Shown here in pieces: positions 39,101 to 47,775 of a stretch of DNA of 64,000 nt; position 1 is the first letter of the stretch; each line of letters opens with the position of its first letter. The notes under the pieces are model-generated. The model had not been told where the DNA came from, made no database searches, and saw only the letters and a list, made by a program, of their open reading frames with translations. The DNA is taken from contig JACPUC010000015.1 of the NCBI GenBank assembly GCA_016192455.1, positions 1-64,000 on the forward strand. The letters are read 5' to 3'. The DNA is from Candidatus Tectimicrobiota bacterium (GTDB lineage: Bacteria; JACPUC01). A program made the position numbers and the translations under genes.

Positions 39101-39628
39101 CAGCTCTCGCGGGCCGCGCATGAGTACCAGCGCACCCTCTGGCTGGACCCGGTCCGGGTTGATGCGTGGAACAACTTGGGCGTCGCTCTGCGTGACCGTG
39201 CTCGGTTCGGGGCCGCCGTGGTGGCGCTGCAGCGCGCTCTCGAGCTGCAGCCGTCGTTCGCTCGCGCGCACCATAACATGGGGGAGATCGCCTTCCTCAC
39301 CGGGAACCTTGCGGGCGCCGTGCAGGAGTATGAGGAAGCCCTCAGACTTGACCCCGGCAGCCTCGAGACGCGCCTCAACCTGGCGGTGGTCTACCGTCAG
39401 CAGCAGCGCTACCAGGAGGCGGAGAAGACCCTGCGCGGCGTGCTGGAGGCGAACCCGAACCTGCCGGAAGCACACTACAATCTGGCGCGGGTGTACGAGT
39501 TGAGCGGCAAACGCGAGCGTGCCATCGAGGCCTATGAGAACTTCCTGCGCTTGCGAGGGACGCGCTTTGACACCCTCGCGGAGCGCGTCCGCCGCCACCT
39601 CACCACCTTGAAGAAACCGGCAGGCTAG
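36179..39628 (+). CDS. GspB/MshN-like bitopic protein: long low-complexity region, TM, C-terminal TPR repeats
   Basis: N-terminal 'MSLIADALRRA', TM 'ILIGIGGIILLLVIGIFSI', TPRs 'AWNNLG', 'AHHNMG', 'RLNLA', 'AHYNLA'. Confidence 0.8.
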   Translation: MSLIADALRRAQEEREKAAQRASPQRGAPEHPEGEQTAGPEVEHPPSATAAKGGGQEERVQRRESARSTPAAAPAEPRRAARRGTQHAAPRPSGEPAPGEPLAGMSDAELEEKISDARTSLLRAFQEQEEAQGKERPAAAAAPSAAAGSRTGSAGGGKGTAAGRATTTFASPARGKQVKEQTPTPPLVARQPSPPTPPPIPPQQQVEPPDDAPHEEAEGGEVALGPVFPGSERDAVRREFLDLIGAAQGVPPASAPAAESREELAAFQPGTKEEAPPPQPPWRPRSVAEETLFEPGDTGTTPFPTEPSSGTEGEAEAKVRHDPLAAQAQGFATVDDLFGDLGQGTSRETVPEAGVRLPAQPSHAPGPAARPAAVPATRSPESAPAARQRSMPPATAAEVQERGLPSPEEQGSEVAPQSEKPAAGAEAQQAALLESLKKLGMRPQDLLPTAAASESSAGVTSGEPAGTAAAGLGHDRRGEPGRPPPSELTAPEEAHTAEEKGRPEKLQGIGQEEDHEGGPATSRGAAARGAPLRRQPAPLAARRAAQPSREAAQPQQPEPATPPVPGDEDLLDSLKKLGTGAGAIEQERQPDREEAFEDLPGIADKWEALPQARGPSSEDDKEDAGSFLERNRILIGIGGIILLLVIGIFSIGRQTFFGRRSEQVARPSSQEIARLLAERKLLEKQQGARRSPTTAEFAEDVARRTRQLQSEIASQPLPAAGAGTPSSPAAAAAGGAARPSAVAPSRAPTSVPPGGSAKAAAGSVQTASIGKINEGGLLEGLKTITSEPGEVRPRAAAPASGPAAAESAAPRPAAVPAGATRAEQTARPPTPPPEPAARVAPAPAAAEKVMRDGGDRGSIVGAAPGAERAVPSRAAAAPAAPAAPAAPAQEKRDLPIAPAAAPGTPREAPAGKMEDGKPAAAPAPTPSGPADERTPPSTRAGETFVSESFPADPEERRNLARMHFARGVSAHRLAQLSRAAHEYQRTLWLDPVRVDAWNNLGVALRDRARFGAAVVALQRALELQPSFARAHHNMGEIAFLTGNLAGAVQEYEEALRLDPGSLETRLNLAVVYRQQQRYQEAEKTLRGVLEANPNLPEAHYNLARVYELSGKRERAIEAYENFLRLRGTRFDTLAERVRRHLTTLKKPAG

Positions 39629-40502
39629 GGCGCCGGCAAGGGGGAGCCGCGGGGCGGGGGGAGCGTCCGTCGCCACAGCGCGGCGCCGATTGTTCGCCGC
39701 GGAGGCGGTCGGGTAAAGAGTTCCTCCGGCCTCGCGCGGGAGGCTCTGTGGAGCTCCCGCGCCGCCACCTCATCGCCAGCGCGCCCGGCGGCGCGGGTTT
39801 TTGGCGCACCACGGCGGGCCGGGTGATCAGCTCGATCACCGTGACACGCAGCCCTTCTCGGAGAGTCTCGGCAAGGCAACGCTCCCGCCAGCGGCTCACC
39901 ATCGCCTCCTTGATCATCCCCGGCAAGAAGCTGTCCTGAAGCGGCGAGGCTCGCCAGGAAGCGCGCCATGGGTGTATCGTCGAGGTGCGTCGGCGAACCG
40001 CCCTGCTCGAGCACCGCCACCATGCGCCGCCGGCGCGGTCCCCCCGCAGAAGCACGGGATCACGAGCACTCTGTGGTCGACCCCTGTCAGTCTTGCGGGC
40101 CTGCCGCGATTGCAGTGCGGCAGGAACGTTGCGCCCTCGCCGCTGACTAACTGCTTGAACGGACCTCGCGAGGGCCGAGGTAGGCCTTGTCATTCACCGA
40201 GCCGTACCGGGTTGGGCGGCGGAGGCGGAAACGGCGCCTCCACGCGCCGCCGGCCAGGCTCGCACGACGGCTCGGCGAAGACCTTCCCCTCTGTCGCTCA
40301 ATGAAGGTTGCCGAATGTGAGCCACACCTGCCACGGGCCCGATGCCGCAGCCAGAGACGTTTCTCGGCGGTCCCTTGATCTGCAGCGTTCGGCGCGCGGG
40401 AACGAGCCGCGGCGCTGCCGCCGCCGCGCCCCGTGCCCAGGCGCCGCAACAGGAACTCCCTCGGGGAGCGTCCGATGGGGTGGCAGCAGGGCTCTCCTGG
40501 AG

Positions 40503-41924
40503 GTGCTGGGGGAGAAGCTTTGTCGCGCAGCTTCAGGCCGGCACGCGGCCCACCAGGAGGCTGCCGCGGCAGTCCTGCCTCTGTCGCGGCGGCGCGGCCT
40601 GTCTCCTCGCGGGGTGGCAGGGCCGATTCTGGCCATCCTCCTCGGGGTGGCGCTGGCGGCCGCTAGTCCCGCCTCGGCCCAAACCAGCGTCGCCGGTCGC
40701 TACACCGGCTCCACTCCCGAGTCAGGGGGGCAGATTTTCGCGGCCCTCAGGCTCAGCGGTCCGAACGAGCGCTTGACCGGCTCGCTCTCTGTCTTCAGCA
40801 GCCGCCTCGCCGCCACCCTGGTCGAGGACCTCGAGGTGACCGGCACCGCCTCGGGGAGCGTCATCTTCCTTACCTTCAACGACGTGGGGTTCACGGGGAC
40901 GATTGAGACTTCCACGACCATGAGCTTCGATCTCGGGCCGACGCGGCTTGTTCTCGAGCGCCTGCCCGCGCGGCTCTCGGAGATCTACACCGGGCGCGTC
41001 TTCAGCGGCCTCCAGCAGCTCCAGGCGATCATGGAGCTTGAGATCGCCGGGGAGCGGCTGAGCGCAACCGTCACCGTCACCGACCAGGCTGGAGCGTTGC
41101 GCATCGACAGAGGCGTTGTGGTGCTTGACTACACCCCCAGCAGCGCCATCGAGGTGCGCGAGGTCATCGCCTCCGGCCAGCCCTCGGCCTTCGAGGATGT
41201 TGGGCTGCTCCTGAGCCGGGGCGAGGCGGTGCTCTTCCGGGAGCTCGGCCGCTTAAACCGCTTCGATGCCCCGCAAGAGGAGTTCCGTGGCCGCATCGCC
41301 GATATTCGCACCGATCCCCTGCGCATCATCACGCAGGCCGGGGAGGTGATCCAGGTTGCGACCACCACGGTGCTGCAGGATGAGCGCGGTGTCTTCATCG
41401 ATCTGCCGGACCTGGCCCTTGGCTCCCTCCTGGAGGTCCGTGGCCGGCGCTTGCCGCTGGGGGATTTCGCGGCGGAGACGGTGATCCTCCTCGCGGAGGA
41501 CGGAGGCGTCACCCCCGGCGGTGCGCCCGGTCTCGTCCCTGGAGTGACTCCCGGTGAAATTCCCGGCCTTCCCGGAGAAGTTGGAGAGCTGGGTCCGCGG
41601 GTGGTCGTCGGGTCGATCACGGCGGTGCGCAGCGGGGGCGGCACGGACCGCATCATCAGTGTTGGGGTGCTGGAGTTCACCGTTTCAGAGGCGACACCCG
41701 TGACGCGCAACGATGGCACCGCCATCACGCTGAACGACCTTGCGGCGGGACAGAGCGTCCGGCTGCAGGTGGATGATCAGAACCGCGTCATCTCAATCCT
41801 CGTTCTGAGACAAGGACGAGAGAAAGACGTGCCGAATCTGGAGACCTTGCGTCCGCCCGACGAGACGGACGTGCCCAATCGAGAAGTTGATCAACTGAAC
41901 ACCGAGCTCGACGATCCGGGCTAA
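40503..41924 (+). CDS. Secreted beta-rich protein with two DUF5666-like (OB-fold) repeats; start uncertain
   Basis: Signal 'ILAILLGVALAAASPASA|Q'. Repeats 'FRGRI..I...TTVLQDERG...LPDLALGSLLEVRG' and 'VGSITAV...EATPVTRNDG...LNDLAAGQSVRL'. Frame is open from 40308. Confidence 0.65.
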   Translation: MLGEKLCRAASGRHAAHQEAAAAVLPLSRRRGLSPRGVAGPILAILLGVALAAASPASAQTSVAGRYTGSTPESGGQIFAALRLSGPNERLTGSLSVFSSRLAATLVEDLEVTGTASGSVIFLTFNDVGFTGTIETSTTMSFDLGPTRLVLERLPARLSEIYTGRVFSGLQQLQAIMELEIAGERLSATVTVTDQAGALRIDRGVVVLDYTPSSAIEVREVIASGQPSAFEDVGLLLSRGEAVLFRELGRLNRFDAPQEEFRGRIADIRTDPLRIITQAGEVIQVATTTVLQDERGVFIDLPDLALGSLLEVRGRRLPLGDFAAETVILLAEDGGVTPGGAPGLVPGVTPGEIPGLPGEVGELGPRVVVGSITAVRSGGGTDRIISVGVLEFTVSEATPVTRNDGTAITLNDLAAGQSVRLQVDDQNRVISILVLRQGREKDVPNLETLRPPDETDVPNREVDQLNTELDDPG

Positions 41925-42048
41925 CGGCGTCCCGCCGGTGAGCGCCGTGTCACACCTTTGAGCTGCGGCCCGACCGGGAGAACCACGCGCGGGCGTGGCG
42001 CGCTCTGCCGCCGGCGGCGCCAGAAGAGAGGAGAGACGAAATTTCGCC

Positions 42049-42078
42049 TTGACACAGCTAAAAAGAGGTGCCTATAGT
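42049..42078 (+). promoter_or_regulatory. sigma70 promoter of the dcw cluster
   Basis: TTGACA (42049-54), 18-nt spacer, TATAGT (42073-78). Confidence 0.75.
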
Positions 42079-42084
42079 GCCGTT

Positions 42085-42110
42085 AGTGGAGAAAAGTGGG
42101 GTGTAATGGA
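42085..42110 (+). promoter_or_regulatory. MraZ binding (DCW) boxes
   Basis: GTGG (42086), GTGG (42096), ATGG (42106) at exact 10-bp period between the promoter and mraZ. Confidence 0.8.
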
Positions 42111-42155
42111 AGAAAATCCCTTATCCCCCCACCAACATCCTCCGGAGCGGCTGAG

Positions 42156-42614
42156 ATGTTCCTGGGCACCTACCACGTCTCCATGGATGACAAGGGCAGA
42201 GTCAGCATGCCCGCACGGTTTCGCGAGGTGCTCAGCAGCAATTATTCCCCCGAACTCATTATTACACACCTGGATAACTACCTCGTCGCCTACCCGCGTG
42301 AAGAGTGGTTAAAGCTTGCCACAAGCTTTGACAGTGCGCAAGCCTTCGATCCGAAGGGGCACGCGTACCTGCGGCTCTTCTTCGCGCGCGCCACCCAGTG
42401 CACGCTGGACAGTCAAGGCCGCACCGTCATCGTGCCGCACCTGCGCGAGCTTGCGGCCCTGCAGCGCGAGCTCATTCTTGTCGGCATCATGAATCGCATC
42501 GAGCTGTGGAGTCAGGAGCGTTGGGAGGCGTTCGTCGCGGAGCATCGGGACCAGTACGCCGAGCAGGCGGGGAACCTCATGCGCCGGTCCGGGCTGAGGG
42601 GGGTGAGCCTGTGA
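42156..42614 (+). CDS. mraZ: Transcriptional regulator MraZ
   Basis: 'MFLGTY..SMDDKGRV.MPARFR', 'LDSQGR', 'RIELW'. Confidence 0.95.
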   Translation: MFLGTYHVSMDDKGRVSMPARFREVLSSNYSPELIITHLDNYLVAYPREEWLKLATSFDSAQAFDPKGHAYLRLFFARATQCTLDSQGRTVIVPHLRELAALQRELILVGIMNRIELWSQERWEAFVAEHRDQYAEQAGNLMRRSGLRGVSL

Positions 42615-42715
42615 CGGCCAGCGGGCTGCGCGCCGGAGGGGAGCACATCCGAGTTGAACGAAACCTCGGCGTGCCGGCGCGGTGCCGGCGCATCGCGGCG
42701 TGGGGGCGCAGGCTC

Positions 42716-43669
42716 ATGGGCGGCGTGGAGCATGCGAAGCACGTCCCGGTAATGGTGCAGGAGGTGCTGGAGTACCTGCGGCCGAAGCCTGGGGGGCTCT
42801 ATGTCGATGCCACTCTGGGCGCGGGGGGGCATGCGGAGCGCATCCTGGGGGCGGCGCCGGGGAGTCGGCTCATCGGCATCGACTGCGATGCCGAGGCGAT
42901 CGACGCGGCGCGCGCTCGCTTGCGCGTTTACGGCGAGCGGGCCTGCCTCCTGCAGCGGCGCCATGAGGAGCTGGCGGCTCTCCTCACGGAGCTGGGCGTC
43001 ACAAGCGTGGACGGTCTCCTCTTCGACCTCGGCGTCTCATCGCTGCAGCTCGAGGCCGCGGGGCGAGGCTTCAGCTTCCTCCGCGACGGCCCGCTCGACA
43101 TGCGCTTCGATGCCCGCCAGGAGTTGACGGCGGCGCAGCTCCTCGCCACGGCGACGGTCGAGGAGCTGACGCGTCTCCTGCGCGTGCATGGCGAGGAGCG
43201 CTGGGCGGCGCGCATCGCCAAGGCCGTGGTGCAGCGCCGGGGCGCGCGGCCGCTGCGGCGCACCGGCGAGCTCGCCGCGCTCGTCGGCTCGGTCGTGCCG
43301 CGGCGCTTCCAATCGCTGCGGCGCCACCACGTCGCCACGCAAACCTTCCAGGCCCTGCGCGTCGCGGTGAATCGCGAGCTGTGCGGCCTCGCCGCGACGC
43401 TGCGCGCGGCCTGCCGCGTCCTGGGGCCGCAGGGGCGGCTCTGCGTCATCAGCTTCCACTCCGGTGAAGATCGCATCGTCAAGGAGGTGCTGCGGGAGCT
43501 GGCGCGCGGCTGTGTCTGCCCGCCCCGCCAGCCGGTGTGCACCTGCGGCGGCAAGCCGCTCATCACCTTGCTGACGCGACGCCCGCGCCGACCGAGCGCC
43601 GGCGAGGTGGCGGCGAACCCTCGAGCTCGCAGTGCTCGGCTTCGTGCCGCCGAGCGTCTCGCCACCTAG
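42716..43669 (+). CDS. rsmH: 16S rRNA m4C1402 methyltransferase
   Basis: 'HVPVM', 'VDATLGAGGHA', 'DLGVSS.QL', 'RGFSF..DGPLDMR', 'ISFHSGEDRIVK', 'NPRARSA.LR'. Alternative GTG start at 42611. Confidence 0.97.
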   Translation: MGGVEHAKHVPVMVQEVLEYLRPKPGGLYVDATLGAGGHAERILGAAPGSRLIGIDCDAEAIDAARARLRVYGERACLLQRRHEELAALLTELGVTSVDGLLFDLGVSSLQLEAAGRGFSFLRDGPLDMRFDARQELTAAQLLATATVEELTRLLRVHGEERWAARIAKAVVQRRGARPLRRTGELAALVGSVVPRRFQSLRRHHVATQTFQALRVAVNRELCGLAATLRAACRVLGPQGRLCVISFHSGEDRIVKEVLRELARGCVCPPRQPVCTCGGKPLITLLTRRPRRPSAGEVAANPRARSARLRAAERLAT

Positions 43670-43692
43670 GAGAGAGGCAGGAGGGCACTCTT

Positions 43693-44211
43693 GTGGAGCG
43701 CAACCAGCCGATGCCGGCGCCAGCCCATGCCAGGCAGCGTCTCCCACGCCGCTGGCCCGATCCTGGGGGTCTGGTGCGCCTGGCGGCGGCGGTGCTCCTG
43801 GCGCTCAGTGGCGGTCTGCTCTTCACCTGGCCGCGCGTGCAGACGTTCAAGGTGGGGTATGCCATCAGCCAGCAAGAGGAGCGCCGCACCGCCCTCATCC
43901 ACGACCAGGGGGCGCTGCTCATCGAGGTGGAGAGTCTGCGCGCCCTGCGGCGCATCGCTCAGATCGCCCGGGAACAGCTCGCGATGCGCCCACCCAAGCC
44001 GGAGCGGGTGGTGTTCGTCGAGGTGACGCGCAGCACGGCGTCCGTAGCGACGCCGCCGCAGGCGTCACGGCGCCCGCGGCCGCATCGCCCCCCCAAGGGC
44101 GCCGAGCGGCAGGGCGCCGCGTGGGAGGTCTTGCAGCGTGTCTCCCCGCAGGAGGGGGGCGCCGCAGCCGCGGCGGCGCCGCGGCAGGGGCCTGGGGGAG
44201 GCGGCGAGTAG
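43693..44211 (+). CDS. ftsL: Cell division protein FtsL
   Basis: Single TM, coiled coil ending 'LRRIAQIAREQLAM..P'. Lies between rsmH and ftsI. Confidence 0.8.
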   Translation: MERNQPMPAPAHARQRLPRRWPDPGGLVRLAAAVLLALSGGLLFTWPRVQTFKVGYAISQQEERRTALIHDQGALLIEVESLRALRRIAQIAREQLAMRPPKPERVVFVEVTRSTASVATPPQASRRPRPHRPPKGAERQGAAWEVLQRVSPQEGGAAAAAAPRQGPGGGGE

Positions 44212-44238
44212 AAAGCGGAGGCGTGGCGGAGTGTCGAG

Positions 44239-46170
44239 GTGCCAGCGATGAGCCAGCCAGGGCAGGAGCGGGAACACCAGGATCGCCAGGTGCGGCGGCG
44301 CATGCTGGCGTTCGTGGTCGTCTTTGGCGCGGCGCTCCTGGCCGTCCTGCTTCGGCTGGTGGACCTCCAGCTCCTGCGCCACGACGTGTTGAGCGGCAAG
44401 GCCGAACGCCAACACCTGCAGGCGTTGCGGCTGAAGCCGAACCGGGGCCGCATCCTCGACCGCCAGGGGCGCGCGCTGGCGCTCAGCATCCCGGCGGCCT
44501 CGGTGTATGCCCATACCGCCGTGCTCGGTGACGGGTCCGAGGTGGCCGCCCTGCTGGGAAAAGCCCTCGACCTTGCCCCGGCGGCGGTCAGCGAGAAGCT
44601 GCGGGTGGAGCGCTCCTTCGTCTGGATCAAGCGTCAAGTCACCCCAGAGGAGGCGGCCCGGGTGCGAGCCCTCAATCTCCCCGGCATCGGCATGCTGGAG
44701 GAGAGTCGGCGGTTCTACCCGAAACGCAGCCTGGCCGGGCAGGTGCTGGGATTCGTGGGGATCGACGGCCGCGGCCTGGAAGGCATCGAGTTGCGCTTTG
44801 ATGAGTACCTGCGGGGGCGCGAGCGGACCATCACCGTCAGCCGCGACGCCACCGGCCGGAAACTCCGCCTGCGCGACGAGGACGCCGCCGACGAGGGGCC
44901 GGGGCGCGGCTCCGACGTGGTGGTGACGCTCGACGAGGCCATCCAGACGTTCGCGGAGGAAGCGCTCCACGAGCAGGTTGAACGGACGAAAGCGCGCGGC
45001 GGCACGGTCATCGTCCTCGATCCCGGGAGCGGCGCGCTGCTGGCCATGGCCCAGGAGCCGCCCTTCAATCCCAACACCTACAAGGAGGCCCAGGCGAGCG
45101 ACTGGCGCAACCGTGCCATCACCGACAGTTACGAGCCCGGTTCTACCTTCAAGGTGATCGGCGCCAGCACGGCGCTCCACCTCGGCCGGGTCCGCTTGAC
45201 GGAGCTCTTCTTCGGAGAGCAGGGGAGCTACGCCGTCGGCGGCATCGTCATCCACGACCAGACGCCGTCGAGCTGGCTCACCTTCCCGCAGGTGATCCAG
45301 AAGTCGAGCAACATCGGCACCGTGAAGATCACCCAGCGCCTCACCCCCCGCCAGCTCTACGAGGCGATGCGGCGCTTCGGTTTCGGCGCACCCACCGGGG
45401 TGGACCTGCCCGGCGAGGTGGGGGGATTGCTCCACCCGCTTGCGGGGTGGTCCTCCTCGTCGATCGGCGCCCTGGCGATCGGCCAAGAGATCGGCGTGAC
45501 GCCGCTGCAGCTCGCGGTCGCCTACGCGGCCATCGCCAATGGCGGTGAGGTGGTCCAGCCCCACGTGCTGTACGAGGTGCGCAACGGCAACGACGTGGTC
45601 GTGGCCACGCCGCGGAGGGCGGCGCGGCGGGTCCTTTCCCCCGAGGCGAGTGCGCAGATGCGGCAGGTGCTCGAAGGAGCGGTGACGGAGGGAACCGGGA
45701 CCGCGGCGGCGGTGCCGGGGTACCGCATCGCCGGCAAGACCGGCACGGCGCAGAAGGCCGATCCGGCGCTGGGGACCTACGCCCCCGGCAAGTATGTCGC
45801 CTCCTTCGTCGGCTTCGCCCCGGCGGAGTCGCCGCGCATCGTCGTCCTGGCGCTCCTTGACGAACCGCGCGGCACGCACTACGGCGGCAAGATCGCGGCC
45901 CCCGTCTTTCGCCGCCTCGTCGAAGCCACGCTCTACTACCTCCGCGTTCCGTCCAGCCTGTCGCGGCGGGCGACCGTGCCGGAGCCCGTCGCGCGGCGAG
46001 AGCGGCGGGACGGCCGTGGGAGCGGCCTTGCTGGACCGGCGAGGAGATCCACGAGCGCAGCGCGACAGCTCGTCTCGAGCACCCTCGGTTCCCTCTTTGG
46101 CGAAGCCTTCGGTGAAGCGGCCGCGAAGGCGGCGGATGGGGCTTCATCGACCGCGCCCGCGGGCAGGTGA
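44239..46170 (+). CDS. ftsI: Penicillin-binding protein FtsI (PBP3)
   Basis: 'RGRILDR', 'RRFYP', SxxK 'EPGSTFK', 'KSSN', 'GKTGTAQK'. Confidence 0.95.
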   Translation: MPAMSQPGQEREHQDRQVRRRMLAFVVVFGAALLAVLLRLVDLQLLRHDVLSGKAERQHLQALRLKPNRGRILDRQGRALALSIPAASVYAHTAVLGDGSEVAALLGKALDLAPAAVSEKLRVERSFVWIKRQVTPEEAARVRALNLPGIGMLEESRRFYPKRSLAGQVLGFVGIDGRGLEGIELRFDEYLRGRERTITVSRDATGRKLRLRDEDAADEGPGRGSDVVVTLDEAIQTFAEEALHEQVERTKARGGTVIVLDPGSGALLAMAQEPPFNPNTYKEAQASDWRNRAITDSYEPGSTFKVIGASTALHLGRVRLTELFFGEQGSYAVGGIVIHDQTPSSWLTFPQVIQKSSNIGTVKITQRLTPRQLYEAMRRFGFGAPTGVDLPGEVGGLLHPLAGWSSSSIGALAIGQEIGVTPLQLAVAYAAIANGGEVVQPHVLYEVRNGNDVVVATPRRAARRVLSPEASAQMRQVLEGAVTEGTGTAAAVPGYRIAGKTGTAQKADPALGTYAPGKYVASFVGFAPAESPRIVVLALLDEPRGTHYGGKIAAPVFRRLVEATLYYLRVPSSLSRRATVPEPVARRERRDGRGSGLAGPARRSTSAARQLVSSTLGSLFGEAFGEAAAKAADGASSTAPAGR

Positions 46171-46182
46171 AAGGAAGCGCAC

Positions 46183-47691
46183 GTGCGGCTCGACACGCTC
46201 TTGCAGCACCTCGTGACCACGGATGTGCAGGGTGACGTGGAGTGCGAGGTCACGAGTGTCACGGAGGACTCGCGGCAGGTGCGGGCGGGGAGTCTCTTCG
46301 TGGCGGTGACGGGCTTCCAAGCTGATGGCCTGCGCTTCATTCCCGATGCCCTCGAGCGCGGGGCTAAGGTGATTGTCATCGAGGCGACCGCCGAGCTCCC
46401 CAGCAACCTCCTGGCGCCGCACGCCACCGTCGTCCGCGTCCCCAACGCCCGCGCCGCCCTGGCGGCCGCCGCGGCCGCCTTCTACGGCCATCCGTCGCGG
46501 GACCTCTTCCTCGTCGGCATTACCGGCACGAATGGCAAGACCACCACTTCCTACCTGGTGCGAGCGTTGTTCACGGAGCATGGCCACCGCTGCGGCGTGA
46601 TCGGCACCATCGGCTACCTGCTGGACCAAGAGTCCCTGCCCGCCACGCACACCACGCCGGGCGCCGTGCCTCTGCAGGGCTACCTGCGCCGGATGTGCGA
46701 GAAGGGCTGCACCTGCTGCATCGTCGAGGTCTCCTCGCATGCGCTCAGCCTCGCCCGCGCCGACGCCTGCGCCTTCGACCTCGCCATCTTCACCAATCTC
46801 ACCCAGGACCACTTCGACTTCCACGGCACCTTCGACAACTACTTCGCGGCGAAGCGCCGGCTCTTCGTGGACTTGTGTCCGGCGCGCGCCATCATCAACG
46901 TCGACGATCCCTGGGGCCGTCTCCTGCTGCGCGAGACGACGGCCCCGGTGGTGACCTACGGCATGCGGGAGCCGGCGGACGTGGAGGCGCACGAGGTGAA
47001 CCTGTCGATGGGCGGCGTGAGCTTCCGGGCCGTCCTGCCCAACGGCAGCTTCCCGGTGCGCTCGCCGCTGCTCGGCGAGCACAATGTCGCCAACCTCCTC
47101 GCGGCCATCGCCGCGGGCTACTCGCAAGGCTTCCGCGCCGACCGCATGCAGCGCGCCCTGCGGCAGGTGGCGGGGGTGCCGGGCCGGTTCGAGGTGGTGC
47201 CGAGCAGCGAGGATTTCCTCGTCGTCGTCGATTACGCCCACACGGACGACGCGCTGCGCAACGTCCTGCATGCCGCGCGGAAGCTGACGCGCCAGCGCCT
47301 CATCACGGTGTTCGGGTGCGGCGGCGACCGCGACCGCACGAAGCGCCCGCGCATGGGCAGGGTGGCGGTCCGCCTCAGCGACCTGGTGGTCATCACCTCC
47401 GACAACCCGCGCAGCGAAGATCCCCACACGATCATCGAGGAGATTCTGGTCGGCGCGGCGGCGGTCGCCAACAAGGAGACGGCGTACCGTGTCGAGCCCG
47501 ACCGGCGGCGGGCGATCGCCCTTGCCATCGAGGAGGCGCGACCCGGCGACATCGTCCTGATCGCCGGCAAGGGGCACGAGACCTACCAAGTGCTGAAGGA
47601 CCGCACCATTCACTTTGACGACCGCGAGGTGGCGCGGGAGATGCTGGCCGGCAGGGCCCGGGGCGTGGCCGCGCGGCCGCTGGTCTTGTAA
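46183..47691 (+). CDS. murE: UDP-MurNAc-dipeptide--meso-DAP ligase
   Basis: '[10 protein letters not shown]', 'EVSSH', 'VDYAHT', 'FGCGGDRD', DAP-type 'DNPR', 'AGKGHE'. Confidence 0.97.
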   Translation: MRLDTLLQHLVTTDVQGDVECEVTSVTEDSRQVRAGSLFVAVTGFQADGLRFIPDALERGAKVIVIEATAELPSNLLAPHATVVRVPNARAALAAAAAAFYGHPSRDLFLVGITGTNGKTTTSYLVRALFTEHGHRCGVIGTIGYLLDQESLPATHTTPGAVPLQGYLRRMCEKGCTCCIVEVSSHALSLARADACAFDLAIFTNLTQDHFDFHGTFDNYFAAKRRLFVDLCPARAIINVDDPWGRLLLRETTAPVVTYGMREPADVEAHEVNLSMGGVSFRAVLPNGSFPVRSPLLGEHNVANLLAAIAAGYSQGFRADRMQRALRQVAGVPGRFEVVPSSEDFLVVVDYAHTDDALRNVLHAARKLTRQRLITVFGCGGDRDRTKRPRMGRVAVRLSDLVVITSDNPRSEDPHTIIEEILVGAAAVANKETAYRVEPDRRRAIALAIEEARPGDIVLIAGKGHETYQVLKDRTIHFDDREVAREMLAGRARGVAARPLVL

Positions 47692-47775
47692 GTTCTCGGC
47701 GGCCGCGGCGCGCTGGGCGCTGGAGCCGGCGCCAGGCGGCAGCGTTGACGACTCGCGGCGAAGGGACGACCCGAG

